A stretch of 64,000 nt of DNA from Eledone cirrhosa (taxonomy: Eukaryota). The position numbers and the translations under genes were made by a program. The stretch covers positions 137,888,001 through 137,952,000 of the forward strand of contig OZ024743.1 of NCBI GenBank assembly GCA_964016885.1. Reading direction: 5' to 3'. The notes under the pieces are model-generated. The model made no database searches. It had not been told where the DNA came from and worked only from the letters and a program-made list of their open reading frames with translations. This document shows positions 34,077-46,020 of the stretch, piece after piece. How positions within the stretch are numbered: position 1 is the first letter of the stretch; each line of letters starts with the position of its first letter.

Positions 34077-37000
34077 TTTGGTGCTTGGTGCTTGGTGTTT
34101 GGTGTTTGGTGTTTCGTGCTTGGTGCTTGGTGTTTGGTGTTTGGTGCTTGGTGTTTGGTGCTTGGTGCTTTGAGCTTGGTGTTTGGTGCTGGGTGTATGG
34201 TGTTTGGTGCTTGGTGCTTGGTGCTTGGTGTTTGGTGTTTGGTGCTTGGTACTTGGTGTTTGGTGTTTGATGCTTGGTGTTTGATGCTTGTTGCTTGGTG
34301 CTTGGTGTTTTGTGTTTGGTGTTTGGTGCTTGGTGTATGTACTTGGTGCTTGGTGCTTGGTGTTTGGTGCTTGGTGTTTGGTGTTTGGTGCTTGGTGTTT
34401 GGTACTTGGTGCTTGGTGCTTGGTGTTTGGTGCTTGGTTCTTGGTGTTTGGTGCTTGGTGCTTGGTGCTTGGTGTTTGGTGCTTGGTACTTGGTGTTTGG
34501 TGCTTGGTGTTTGGTGTTTGGTGCTTGGTGTTTGGTACTTGGTGCTTGGTGCTTGGTGTTAAGTGTTTGGTGCTTGGTGCTTGGTGTTTGGTGCTTCGTG
34601 CTTGGTGCTTGGTGTTTGGTGCATGGTGCTTGGTGTTTGGGGCTTGGTGCCTGGTGCTTTCTGTTTGGTGCTAGGTGCTTGGTGCTTGGTCTTTGGTGTT
34701 TGGTGCTTGGTGCTTGGTGCTTGGTGTTTGGTGCTTGGTGCTTGGTGCTTGGTTATTAGTGTTTGGTGCTTGGTGCTTGGGGTTTGGTGTTTGGTGCTTG
34801 GTGCTTGGTGTTTGGTGTTTGCTGTATGGTGTTTGCTGTTTCGTGTTTGGTGTTTGGTGTTTGGTGTTTAATGCTTGGTGCTTGGTGTTTGGTGTTTGGT
34901 GTTTGGTGCTTGGTGCTTGGTGTTTGGTGCTTGGGGCTTGGTGCTGGGTGTTTGGTGCTTGGTGCTTGGTGTTTAGTCCTTGGTGCTTGGTGCTTGGTCT
35001 TTGGTGCTTGGGGTTTGGTGTTTGGTGCTTGGTGCTTGGTGTTTGGTGCTTGGTGCTTGGTGCTTGGTGTTTGGTGTTTGGTGCTTGCTGCTTGGTGCTT
35101 GGTGTTTGGTGCTTGGTGCTTGCTGTTTGGTGTTTGGTGTTTGGTGCTTGGTGCTTGGTGTTTGGTGTTTGGTGTTTGGTGTTTGGTGTTTGGTGCTTGG
35201 TGCTTGGTGTTTGGTGCTTGGTGTTTGGTGCTTGGTGTATGTACTTGGTGCTTGGTGCTTGGTGTTTGGTGCTTGGTTCTTGGTGTTTGGTGCTTGGTGC
35301 TTTGTACTTGGTGTTTGGTGCTTGGTGCTTGGTCTTTGGTGCTTGGTGTTTGGTGTTTGGTGCTTGGTGCTTGGTGTTTGGTGTTTGGTGCCTGGTGCTT
35401 GGTGTTTGGTGCTTGGTGCTTGGTGTTTGGTGATTGGTGCTTGGTGCTTGGTGCTTAGTGCTTGGTGTTTGGTGTTTGGTGCTTGGTGTTTGGTGTTTGA
35501 TGCTTGGTGCTTGGTGCTTGGTGCTTGGTGCATGGTGTTCTGTGTTTGGTGCTTGGTGCTTGGTGCTTGTTGTTTGGTGCTTGGTGTTTGGTGATTAGTC
35601 TTTGGTGCTTGGTGCTTGGTATTTGGTGTTTCGTGTTTCGTGCTTGGTGTCTAGTGTTTGGGTTTTGGTGTTTGGTGCTTGGTGCTTAGTGTTTGGTGTT
35701 TGGTGCTTGGTGCTTGGTGTTTGGTGTTTGGTGCTTGGTGTTTGGTGCTTGGTGCTTTGTGCTTAGTGTTTGGTGCTGGGTGTATGGTGTTTGGTGCTTG
35801 GTGCTTGGTGCTTGGTGTTTGTTGTTTGGTGCTTGGTACTTGGTGTGTGGTGTTTGATGCTTGGTGTTTGATGCTTGTTGCTTGGTGCTTGGTGTTTTGT
35901 GTTTGGTGTTTGGTGCTTGGTGTATGTACTTGGTGCTTGGTGCTTGGTGTTTGGTGCTTGGTTCTTGGTGTTTGGTGCTTGGTGCTTGGTGCTTGGTGTT
36001 TGGTGCTTGGTGCTTGGTGTTTGGTGCTTGGTGTTTGGTGTTTGGTGCTTGGTGTTTGGTACTTGGTGCTTGGTGCTTGGTGTTAAGTGTTTGGTGCTTG
36101 GTGCTTGGTGTTTGGTGCTTCGTGCTTGGTGCTTGGTGTTTGGTGCATGGTGCTTGGTGTTTGGGGCTTGGTGCCTGGTGCTTTGTGTTTGATGCTAGGT
36201 GCTTGGTGCTTGGTCTTTGGTGTTTGGTGCTTAGTACTTGGTGCTTGGTGTTTGGTGCTTGGTGCTTGGTGCTTGGTTATTAGTGTTTGGTGTTTGGTGC
36301 TTGGCGCTTGGTGTTTGGTGCTTGGTGCTTGGTGCTTGGTGTTTGGTGTTTGGTGCTTGCTGCTTGGTGCTTGGTGTTTGGTGCTTGGTGCTTGGTGCTT
36401 GGTGTTTGGTGCTTGGTGTTCGGTGCTTGGTGCTTGGTGCTTGGTGCTTGGTGTTAGGTGTTTGGTGCTTGGTGCTTGGTGTTTGATGTTTGGTCCTTGG
36501 TGCTTGGTGTTTGGTGCTTGGTGCTTGGTGTTTGGTGTTTGGTGCTTGCTGCTTGGTGCTTGGTGCTTGTTGTTTGGTGCTTGGTGCTTGGTCTTTGGTG
36601 CTTGGTGTTTGGTGTTTGGTGCTTGGTGCTTGGTGCTTGGTTTTTGGTGCATGGTGCTTGGTGCTTGGTGTTTGGTGCTTGGTGCTTGGTGCTTGTTGTT
36701 TGGTGCTTGGTGCTTGGTCTTTGGTGCTTGGTGTTTGGTGTTTGGGGCTTGGTGCTTGGTGTTTGGTGCTTGGTGCCTGGTGCTTGGTGTTTGGTGCTTG
36801 GTGCTTGGTGTTTGGTGATTGGTGCTTGGTGCTTGGTGCTTAGTGCTTGGTGTTTGGTGTTTGGTGCTTGGTGTTTGGTGTTTGATGCTTGGTGCTTGGT
36901 GCTTGGTGCTTGGTGCATGGTGTTCTGTGTTTGGTGCTTGGTGCTTGGTGCTTGTTGTTTGGTGCTTGGTGCTTGGTGATTAGTCTTTGGTGCTTGGTGC

Positions 37001-40000
37001 TTGGTATTTGGTGTTTCGTGTTTCGTGCTTGGTGTCTAGTGTTTGGGTTTTGGTGTTTGGTGCTTGGTGCTTAGTGTTTGGTGTTTGGTGCTTGGTGCTT
37101 GGTGTTTGGTGTTTGGTGCTTGGTGTTTGGTGCTTGGTGCTTTGTGCTTAGTGTTTGGTGCTGGGTGTATGGTGTTTGGTGCTTGGTGCTTGGTGCTTGG
37201 TGTTTGTTGTTTGGTGCTTGGTACTTGGTGTTTGGTGTTTGATGCTTGGTGTTTGATGCTTGTTGCTTGGTGCTTGGTGTTTTGTGTTTGGTGTTTGGTG
37301 CTTGGTGTATGTACTTGGTGCTTGGTGCTTGGTGTTTGGTGCTTGGTTCTTGGTGTTTGGTGCTTGGTGCTTGGTGCTTGGTGTTTGGTGCGTGGTGCTT
37401 GGTGTTTGGTGCTTGGTGTTTGGTGTTTGGTGCTTGGTGTTTGGTACTTGGTGCTTGGTGCTTGGTGTTAAGTTTTTGGTGCTTGGTGCTTGGTGTTTGG
37501 TGCTTCGTGCTTGGTGCTTGGTGTTTGGTGCATGGTGCTTGGTGTTTGGGGCTTGGTGTCTGGTGCTTTGTGTTTGATGCTAGGTGCTTGGTGCTTGGTC
37601 TTTGGTGTTTGGTGCTTAGTACTTGGTGCTTGGTGTTTCGTGCTTGGTGCTTGGTGCTTGGTTATTAGTGTTTGGTGTTTGGTGCTTGGCGCTTGGTGTT
37701 TGGTGCTTGGTGCTTGGTGCTTGGTGTTTGGTGTTTGGTGCTTGCTGCTTGGTGCTTGGTGTTTGGTGCTTGGTGCTTGGTGCTTGGTGTTTGGTGCTTG
37801 GTGTTCGGTGCTTGGTGCTTGGTGCTTGGTGCTTGGTGTTAGGTGTTTGGTGCTTGGTGCTTGGTGCTTGGTGTTTGATGTTTGGTCCTTGGTGCTTGGT
37901 GTTTGGTGCTTGGTGCTTGGTGTTTGGTGTTTGGTGCTTGCTGCTTGGTGCTTGGTGCTTGTTGTTTGGTGCTTGGTGCTTGGTCTTTGGTGCTTGGTGT
38001 TTGGTGTTTGGTGCTTGGTGCTTGGTGCTTGGTTTTTGGTGCATGGTGCTTGGTGCTTGGTGTTTGGTGCTTGGTGCTTGGTGCTTGTTGTTTGGTGCTT
38101 GGTGCTTGGTCTTTGGTGCTTGGTGTTTGGTGTTTGGGGCTTGGTGCTTGGTGTTTGGTGCTTGGTGCCTGGTGCTTGGTGTTTGGTGCTTGGTGCTTGG
38201 TGTTTGGTGATTGGTGCTTGGTGCTTGGTGCTTAGTGCTTGGTGTTTGGTGTTTGGTGCTTGGTGTTTGGTGTTTGATGCTTGGTGCTTGGTGCTTGGTG
38301 CTTGGTGCTTGGTGTTCTGTGTTTGGTGCTTGGTGCTTGGTGCTTGTTGTTTGGTGCTTGGTGCTTGGTGATTAGTCTTTGGTGCTTGGTGCATGGTATT
38401 TGGTGTTTGGTGTTTCGTGATTGGGGTCTAGTGTTTGGGTTTTGGTGTTTGGTGCTTGGTGCTTAGTGTTTGGTGTTTGGTGCTTGGTGCTTGGTGTTTG
38501 GTGTTTGGTGTTTGGTGCTTGGTGCTTGGTGCTTTGTGCTTAGTGTTTGGTGCTGGGTGTATGGTGTTTGGTGCTTGGTGCTTGGTGCTTGGTGTTTGTT
38601 GTTTGGTGCTTGGTACTTGGTGTTTGGTGTTTGATGCTTGGTGTTTGATGCTTGTTGCTTGGTGCTTGGTGTTTTGTGTTTGGTGTTTGGTGCTTGGTGT
38701 ATGTACTTGGTGCTTGGTGTTTGGTGCTTGGTTCTTGGTGTTTGGTGCTTGGTGCTTGGTGCTTGGTGTTTGGTGCTTGGTGCTTGGTGTTTGGTGCTTG
38801 GTGTTTGGTGTTTGGTGCTTGGTGTTTGGTACTTGGTGCTTGGTGCTTGGTGTTAAGTGTTTGGTGCTTGGTGTTTGGTGCTTCGTGCTTGGTGCTTGGT
38901 GTTTGGTGCATGGTGCTTGTTGTTTGGGGCTTGGTGCCTGGTGCTTTGTGTTTGGTGCTAGGTGCTTGGTGCTTGGTCTTTGGTGTTTGGTGCTTGGTTC
39001 TTGGTGCTTGGTGTTTGGTGCTTGGTGCTTGGTGCTTGGTTATTAGTGTTTGGTGTTTGGTGCTTGGCGCTTGGTGTTTGGTGCTTGGTGCTTGGTGCTT
39101 GGTGTTTGGTGTTTGGTGCTTGCTGCTTGGTGCTTGGTGTTTGGTGCTTGGTGCTTGGTGCTTGGTGTTTGGTGCTTGGTGCTTGCTGTTTGGTGTTTGG
39201 TCTTTGGTGCTTGGTGCTTGGTGTTTGGTGTTTGGTGTTTGGTGTTTGGTGTTTGGTGCTTGGTGCTTGGTGTTTGGTGCTTGGTGTTTGGTGCTTGGTG
39301 TATGTACTTGGTGCTTGGTGCTTGGTGTTTGGTGCTTGGTTCTTGGTGTTTGGTGCTTGGTGCTTGGTGCTTGGTGTTTGGTGCTTGGTGCTTGGTGTTT
39401 GGTACTTGGTGCTTGATGTTTGGTGTTTGGTGTTTGGTGTTTGGTGCTTGGTGCTTGGTGCTTGGTGTTAAGTGTTTGGTGCTTGGTGCTTCGTGTTTGG
39501 TGCTTCGTGCTTGGTGCTTGGTGTTTGGTGCATGGTGCTTGATGTTTGGGGCTTGGTGCCTGGTGCTTGGTGTTTGGTGCTTGGTGCTTGGTGCTTGGTG
39601 TTTGGTGTTTGGTGCTTGGTGCTTGGTGTTTGGTGCTTGGTGTTTGGTGCTTGGTGTTCGGTGCTTGGTGCTTGGTGCTTGGTACTTGGTGTTAGGTTTT
39701 TGGTGCTTGGGGCTTGGTGTTTGGTGTTTGGTGCTTGGTGCTTGGTGTTTGGTGTTTGGTGCTTGGTGTTTGGTGTTTGGTGCTTTGTGCTTGGTGTTTG
39801 GTGCTGGGTGTATGGTGTTTGGTGCTTGGTGCTTGGTGCTTGGTGTTTGGTGTTTGGTGCTTGGTACTTGGTGTTTGGTGTTTGATGCTTGGTGTATGAT
39901 GCTTGTTGCTTGGTGCTTGGTGTTTTGTGTTTGGTGTTTGGTGCTTGGTGTATGTACTTGGTGCTTGGTGATTGGTGTTTGGTGCTTGGTTCTTGGTTTT

Positions 40001-43000
40001 TGGTGCTTGGTGCTTGGTGCTTGGTGTTTGGTGCTTGGTGCTTGGTGTTTGGTGCTTGGTGTTTGGTGTTTGGTGCTTGGTGTTTGGTACTTGGTGCTTG
40101 GTGCTTGGTGTTAAGTGTTTGGTGCTTGGTGCTTGGTGTTTGGTGCTTGGTGCTTGGTGCTTGGTGTTTGGTGCATGGTGCTTGGTGTTTGGGGCTTGGT
40201 GCCTGGTGCTTTGTGTTTGGTGCTAGGTGCTTGGTGCTTGGTCTTTGGTGTTTGGTGCTTGGTGCTTGGTGCTTGGTGTTTGGTGCTTGGTGCTTGGTGC
40301 TTGGTTATTAGTGTTTGGTGCTTGGTGCTTGGGGTTTGGTGTTTGGTGCTTGGTGCTTGGTGTTTGGTGTTTGCTGTATGGTGTTTGCTGTTTCGTGTTT
40401 GGTGTTTGCTGTTTGGTGTTTAATGCTTGGTGCTTGGTGCTTGGTGTTTGGTGCTTGTTGCTTGGTGCTTGGTGTTTGGCGTTTGCTCTTTGCTGTTTGG
40501 TGTTTGGTGCTTGCTGTTTGGTGTTTGGTGTTTGGTGTTTGGTGTTTGGTGCTTGCTGTTTGGTGCTTGGTGCTTGGTGTTTGGTGTTTGGTGTTTGGTG
40601 CTTGGTGCTTGGTGGTTGGTGCTTGGTGCTGGGTGTTTGGTGCTAGGTGCTTGGTGTTTGGTGCTTGGTGCTTGGTGCTTGGTGCTTGGTCTTTCGTGCT
40701 TGGTGTTTGGTGTTTGGTGCTTGGTGCTTGGTGTTTGGAGCTTGGGGCTTGGTGTTTGGTGCTTGGTGATTGCTGCTTGGTGTTTGGTGTTTGGTGCTTG
40801 GTGCTTGGTGCTTGGTGATTAGTGTTTGGTGCTTGGTGCTTGGTGCATTGTGCTTGGTGCTTGGTGCTTGTTGTTTGGTGCTTGGTGCTTGGTGATTAGT
40901 GTTTGGTGCTTGGTGCTTGGTGCCTGGTGCTTGGTGCTTGTTGTTTGGTGCTTGGTGCTTGGTGATTAGTGTTTGGTGCTTGGTGCTTGGGGCTTGGTGT
41001 TTGGTGCTTGGTGCTTGCTGTTTGGTGGTTGCTGTTTAGTGCTTGGTGTTTGGTGCTTGGTGCTTGGTGCTGGGTGGTTGGTGTTTGGTGCTTGGTGCTT
41101 GGTGTTTGGTGCTTGGTGCTTGGTGCTTGTTGTTTGGTGCTTGGTGCTTGGTCTTTGGTGCTTGGTGTTTGGTGTTTGGTGCTTGGTGCTTGGTGCTTGG
41201 TGCTTGGTTTTTGGTGCTTGGTGCTTGGTGCTTGGTGTTTGGTGCTTGGTGCTTGGTGCTTGTTGTTTGGTGCTTGGTGCTTGGTCTTTGGTGCTTGGTG
41301 TTTGGTGTTTGGTGCTTGGTGCTTCGTGTTTGGTGCTTAGTGCCTGGTGCTTGGTGTTTGGTGCTTGGTGCTTGGTGTTTGCTGATTGGTGCTTGGTGTT
41401 TGCTGATTGGTGCTTGGTGCTTGGTGCTTGGTGCTTAGTGCTTGGTGTTTGGTGTTTGGTGCTTGGTGTTTGGTGTTTGGTGTTTGATGCTTGGTTTTTG
41501 CTGCTTGGTGCTTGGTGCTTGGTGCTTGGTGTTCTGTGTTTGGTGCTTGGTGCTTGGTGCCTGGTGCTTGGTGCTTGGTGCTTGTTGTTTGGTGCTTGGT
41601 GCTTGGTGATTAGTCTTTGGTGCTTGGTGCTTGGTGTTTGGTGTTTGGTGTTTCGTGCTTGGTGCTTGGTGTTTGGTGTTTGGTGCTTGGTGTTTGGTGC
41701 TTGGTGCTTTGAGCTTGGTGTTTGGTGCTGGGTGTATGGTGTTTGGTGCTTGGTGCTTGGTGCTTGGTGTTTGGTGTTTGGTGCTTGGTACTTGGTGTTT
41801 GGTGTTTGATGCTTGGTGTTTGATGCTTGTTGCTTGGTGCTTGGTGTTTTGTGTTTGGTGTTTGGTGCTTGGTGTATGTACTTGGTGTTTGGTGCTTCGT
41901 GCTTGGTGCTTGGTGTTTGGTGCATGGTGCTTGGTGTTTGGGGCTTGGTGCCTGGTGCTTTCTGTTTGGTGCTAGGTGCTTGGTGCTTGGTCTTTGGTGT
42001 TTGGTGCTTGGTGCTTGGTGCTTGGTGTTTGGTGCTTGGTGCTTGGTGCTTGGTTATTAGTGTTTGGTGCTTGGTGCTTGGGGTTTGGTGTTTGGTGCTT
42101 GGTGCTTGGTGTTTGGTGTTTGCTGTATGGTGTTTGCTGTTTCGTGTTTGGTGTTTGGTGTTTGGTGTTTAATGCTCGGTGCTTGGTGTTTGGTGTTTGA
42201 TGTTTGGTGCTTGGTGCTTGGTGTTTGGTGCTTGGTGCTTGGTGCTGGGTGTTTGGTGCTTGGTGCTTGGTGTTTGGTGCTTGGTGCTTGATGCTTGGTG
42301 CTTGGTGTTTGGTCCTTGGTGCTTGGTGCTTGGTCTTTGCTGCTTGGGGTTTGGTGTTTGGTGCTTGGTGCTTGGTGTTTGGTGCTTGGTGCTTGGTGCT
42401 TGGTGTTTGGTGTTTGGTGCTTGCTGCTTGGTGCTTGGTGTTTGGTGCTTGGTGCTTGGTGATTAGTGTTTGGTGCATGGTGCTTGGTGTTTGTTGTTTG
42501 GTGCTTGGTGCTTGGTGTTTGGTGCTTGGTGCTTGCTGTTTGGTGTTTGGTGTTTGGTGCTTGGTGCTTGGTGTTTGGTGTTTGGTGTTTGGTGTTTGGT
42601 GTTTGGTGCTTGGTGCTTGGTGTTTGGTGCTTGGTGTTTGGTGCTTGGTGTATGTACTTGGTGCTTGGTGCTTGGTGTTTGGTGCTTGGTTCTTGGTGTT
42701 TGGTGCTTGGTGCTTTGTACTTGGTGTTTGGTGCTTGGTGCTTGGTCTTTGGTGCTTGGTGTTTGGTGTTTGGTGCTTGGTGTTTGGTGCTTGGTGCCTG
42801 GTGCTTGGTGTTTGGTGCTTGGTGCTTGGTGTTTGGTTATTGGTGCTTGGTGCTTGGTGCTTAGTGCTTGGTGTTTGGTGTTTGGTGCTTGGTGTTTGGT
42901 GTTTGATGCTTGGTGCTTGGTGCTTGGTGCTTGGTGCATGGTGTTCTGTGTTTGGTGCTTGGTGCTTGGTGCTTGTTGTTTGGTGCTTGGTGCTTGGTGA

Positions 43001-46000
43001 TTAGTCTTTGGTGCTTGGTGCTTGGTATTTGGTGTTTGGTGTTTCGTGCTTGGTGTCTAGTGTTTGGGTTTTGGTGTTTGGTGCTTGGTGCTTAGTGTTT
43101 GGTGTTTGGTGCTTGGTGCTTGGTGTTTGGTGTTTGGTGCTTGGTGTTTGGTGCTTGGTGCTTTGTGCTTAGTGTTTGGTGCTGGGTGTATGGTGTTTGG
43201 TGCTTGGTGCTTGGTGCTTGGTGTTTGTTGTTTGGTGCTTGGTACTTGGTGTTTGGTGTTTGATGCTTGGTGTTTGATGCTTGTTGCTTGGTGCTTGGTG
43301 TTTTGTGTTTGGTGTTTGGTGCTTGGTGTATGTACTTGGTGCTTGGTGCTTGGTGTTTGGTGCTTGGTTCTTGGTGTTTGGTGCTTGGTGCTTGGTGCTT
43401 GGTGTTTGGTGCTTGGTGCTTGGTGTTTGGTGCTTGGTGTTTGGTGTTTGGTGCTTGGTGTTTGGTACTTGGTGCTTGGTGCTTGGTGTTAAGTGTTTGG
43501 TGCTTGGTGCTTGGTGTTTGGTGCTTCGTGCTTGGTGCTTGGTGTTTGGTGCATGGTGCTTGGTGTTTGGTGCTAGGTGCTTGGTGCTTGGTCTTTGGTG
43601 TTTGGTGCTTAGTACTTGGTGCTTGGTGTTTGGTGCTTGGTGCTTGGTGCTTGGTTATTAGTGTTTGGTGTTTGGTGCTTGGCGCTTGGTGTTTGGTGCT
43701 TGGTGCTTGGTGCTTGGTGTTTGGTGTTTGGTGCTTGCTGCTTGGTGCTTGGTGTTTGGTGCTTGGTGCTTGGTGCTTGGTGTTTGGTGCTTGGTGCTTG
43801 CTGTTTGGTGTTTGGTGTTTGGTGCTTGGTGCTTGGTGTTTGGTGTTTGGTGTTTGGTGTTTGGTGTTTGGTGCTTGGTGCTTGGTGTTTGGTGCTTGGT
43901 GTTTGGTGCTTGGTGTATGTACTTGGTGCTTGGTGCTTGGTGTTTGGTGCTTGGTTCTTGGTGTTTGGTGCTTGGTGCTTGGTGCTTGGTGTTTGGTGCT
44001 TGGTGCTTGGTGTTTGGTACTTGGTGCTTGGTGTTTGGTGTTTGGTGCTTGGTGTTTGGTGCTTGGTGCTTGGTGCTTGGTGTTAAGTGTTTGGTGCTTG
44101 GTGCTTCGTGTTTGGTGCTTCGTGCTTGGTGCTTGGTGTTTGGTGCATGGTGCTTGATGTTTGGGGCTTGGTGCCTGGTGCTTGGTGTTTGGTGCTTGGT
44201 CTTTGGTGGTTGGTGTTTGGTGTTTGGTGCTTGGTGCTTGGTGTTTGGTGCTTGGTGTTTGGTGCTTGGTGTTCGGTGCTTGGTGCTTGGTGCTTGGTAC
44301 TTGGTGTTAGGTTTTTGGTGCTTGGGGCTTGGTGTTTGGTGTTTGGTGCTTGGTGCTTGGTGTTTGGTGTTTGGTGCTTGGTGTTTGGTGTTTGGTGCTT
44401 TGTGCTTGGTGTTTGGTGCTGGGTGTATGGTGTTTGGTGCTTGGTGCTTGGTGCTTGGTGTTTGGTGTTTGGTGCTTGGTACTTGGTGTTTGGTGTTTGA
44501 TGCTTGGTGTTTGATGCTTGTTGCTTGGTGCTTGGTGTTTTGTGTTTGGTGTTTGGTGCTTGGTGTATGTACTTGGTGCTTGGTGCTTGGTGTTCGGTGC
44601 TTGGTTCTTGGTGTTTGGTGCTTGGTGCTTGGTGCTTGGTGTTTGGTGCTTGGTGCTTGGTGTTTGGTGCTTGGTGTTTGGTGTTTGGTGCTTGGTGTTT
44701 GGTACTTGGTGCTTGGTGCTTGGTGTTAAGTGTTTGGTGCTTGGTGCTTGGTGTTTGGTGCTTCGTGCTTGGTGCTTGGTGTTTGGTGCATGGTGCTTGG
44801 TGTTTGGGGCTTGGTGCCTGGGGCTTTGTGTTTGGTGCTAGGTGCTTGGTGCTTGGTCTTTGGTGTTTGGTGCTTGGTGCTTGGTGCTTGGTGTTTGGTG
44901 CTTGGTGCTTGGTGCTTGGTTATTAGTGTTTGGTGCTTGGTGCTTGGGGTTTGGTGTTTGGTGCTTGGTGCTTGGTGTTTGGTGTTTGCTGTATGGTGTT
45001 TGCTGTTTCGTGGTTGGTGTTTGCTGTTTGGTGTTTAATGCTTGGTGCTTGGTGCTTGGTGTTTGGTGCTTGGTGCTTGGTGCTTGGTGTTTGGCGTTTG
45101 CTCTTTGCTGTTTGGTGTTTGGTGCTTGCTGTTTGGTGTTTGGTGTTTGGTGTTTGGTGTTTGGTGCTTGCTGTTTGGTGCTTGGTGCTTGGTGTTTGGT
45201 GTTTGGTGTTTGGTGCTTGGTGCTTGGTGTTTGGTGGTTGGTGCTTGGTGCTGGGTGTTTGGTGCTAGGTGCTTGGTGTTTGGTGCTTGGTGCTTGGTGC
45301 TTGGTGCTTGGTCTTTGGTGCTTGGTGTTTGGTGCTTGATGCTTGGTGCTTGGTGTTTGGTGCTTGGGGCTTGTTGTTTGGTGCTTGGTGCTTGGTGATT
45401 AGTGTTTGGTGCTTGGTGCTTGGTGCCTGGTGCTTGGTGCTTGTTGTTTGGTGCTTGGTGCTTGGTGATTAGTGTTTGGTGCTTGGTGCTTGGGGCTTGG
45501 TGTTTGGTGCTTGGTGCTTGGTGCTTGCTGTTTGGTGGTTGCTGTTTGGTGCTTGGTGTTTGGTGCTTGGTGCTTGGTGCTTGGTTTTTGGTGCTTGGTG
45601 CTTGGTGCTTGGTGTTTGGTGCTTGGTGCTTGGTGCTTGTTGTTTGGTGCTTGGTGCTTGGTCTTTGCTGCTTGGTGTTTGGTGTTTGGTGCTTGGTGCT
45701 TGGTGTTTGGTGCTTGGTGCCTGGTGCTTGGTGTTTGGTGCTTGGTGCTTGGTGTTTGCTGATTGGTGCTTGGTGCTTGGTGCTTGGTGCTTAGTGCTTG
45801 GTGTTTGGTGTTTGGTGCTTGGTGTTTGGTGTTTGGTGTTTGATGCTTGGTTTTTGCTGCTTGGTGCTTGGTGCTTGGTGCTTGGTGTTCTGTGTTTGGT
45901 GCTTGGTGCTTGGTGCCTGGTGCTTGTTGCTTGGTGCTTGTTGTTTGGTGCTTGGTGCTTGGTGATTAGTCTTTGGTGCTTGGTGCTTGGTGTTTGGTGT

Positions 46001-46020
46001 TTGGTGTTTCGTGCTTGGTG
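34077..46020 (+). repeat. Copy 1 of the 11,944-bp tandem duplication
   Basis: ORFs from 34274 to 45476 each have a counterpart at +11944, with identical translations wherever I compared them. The match begins at TTTGGTG 34077, which is preceded by ATTAGTC here but by CTTGGTG in copy 2. Confidence 0.95.
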
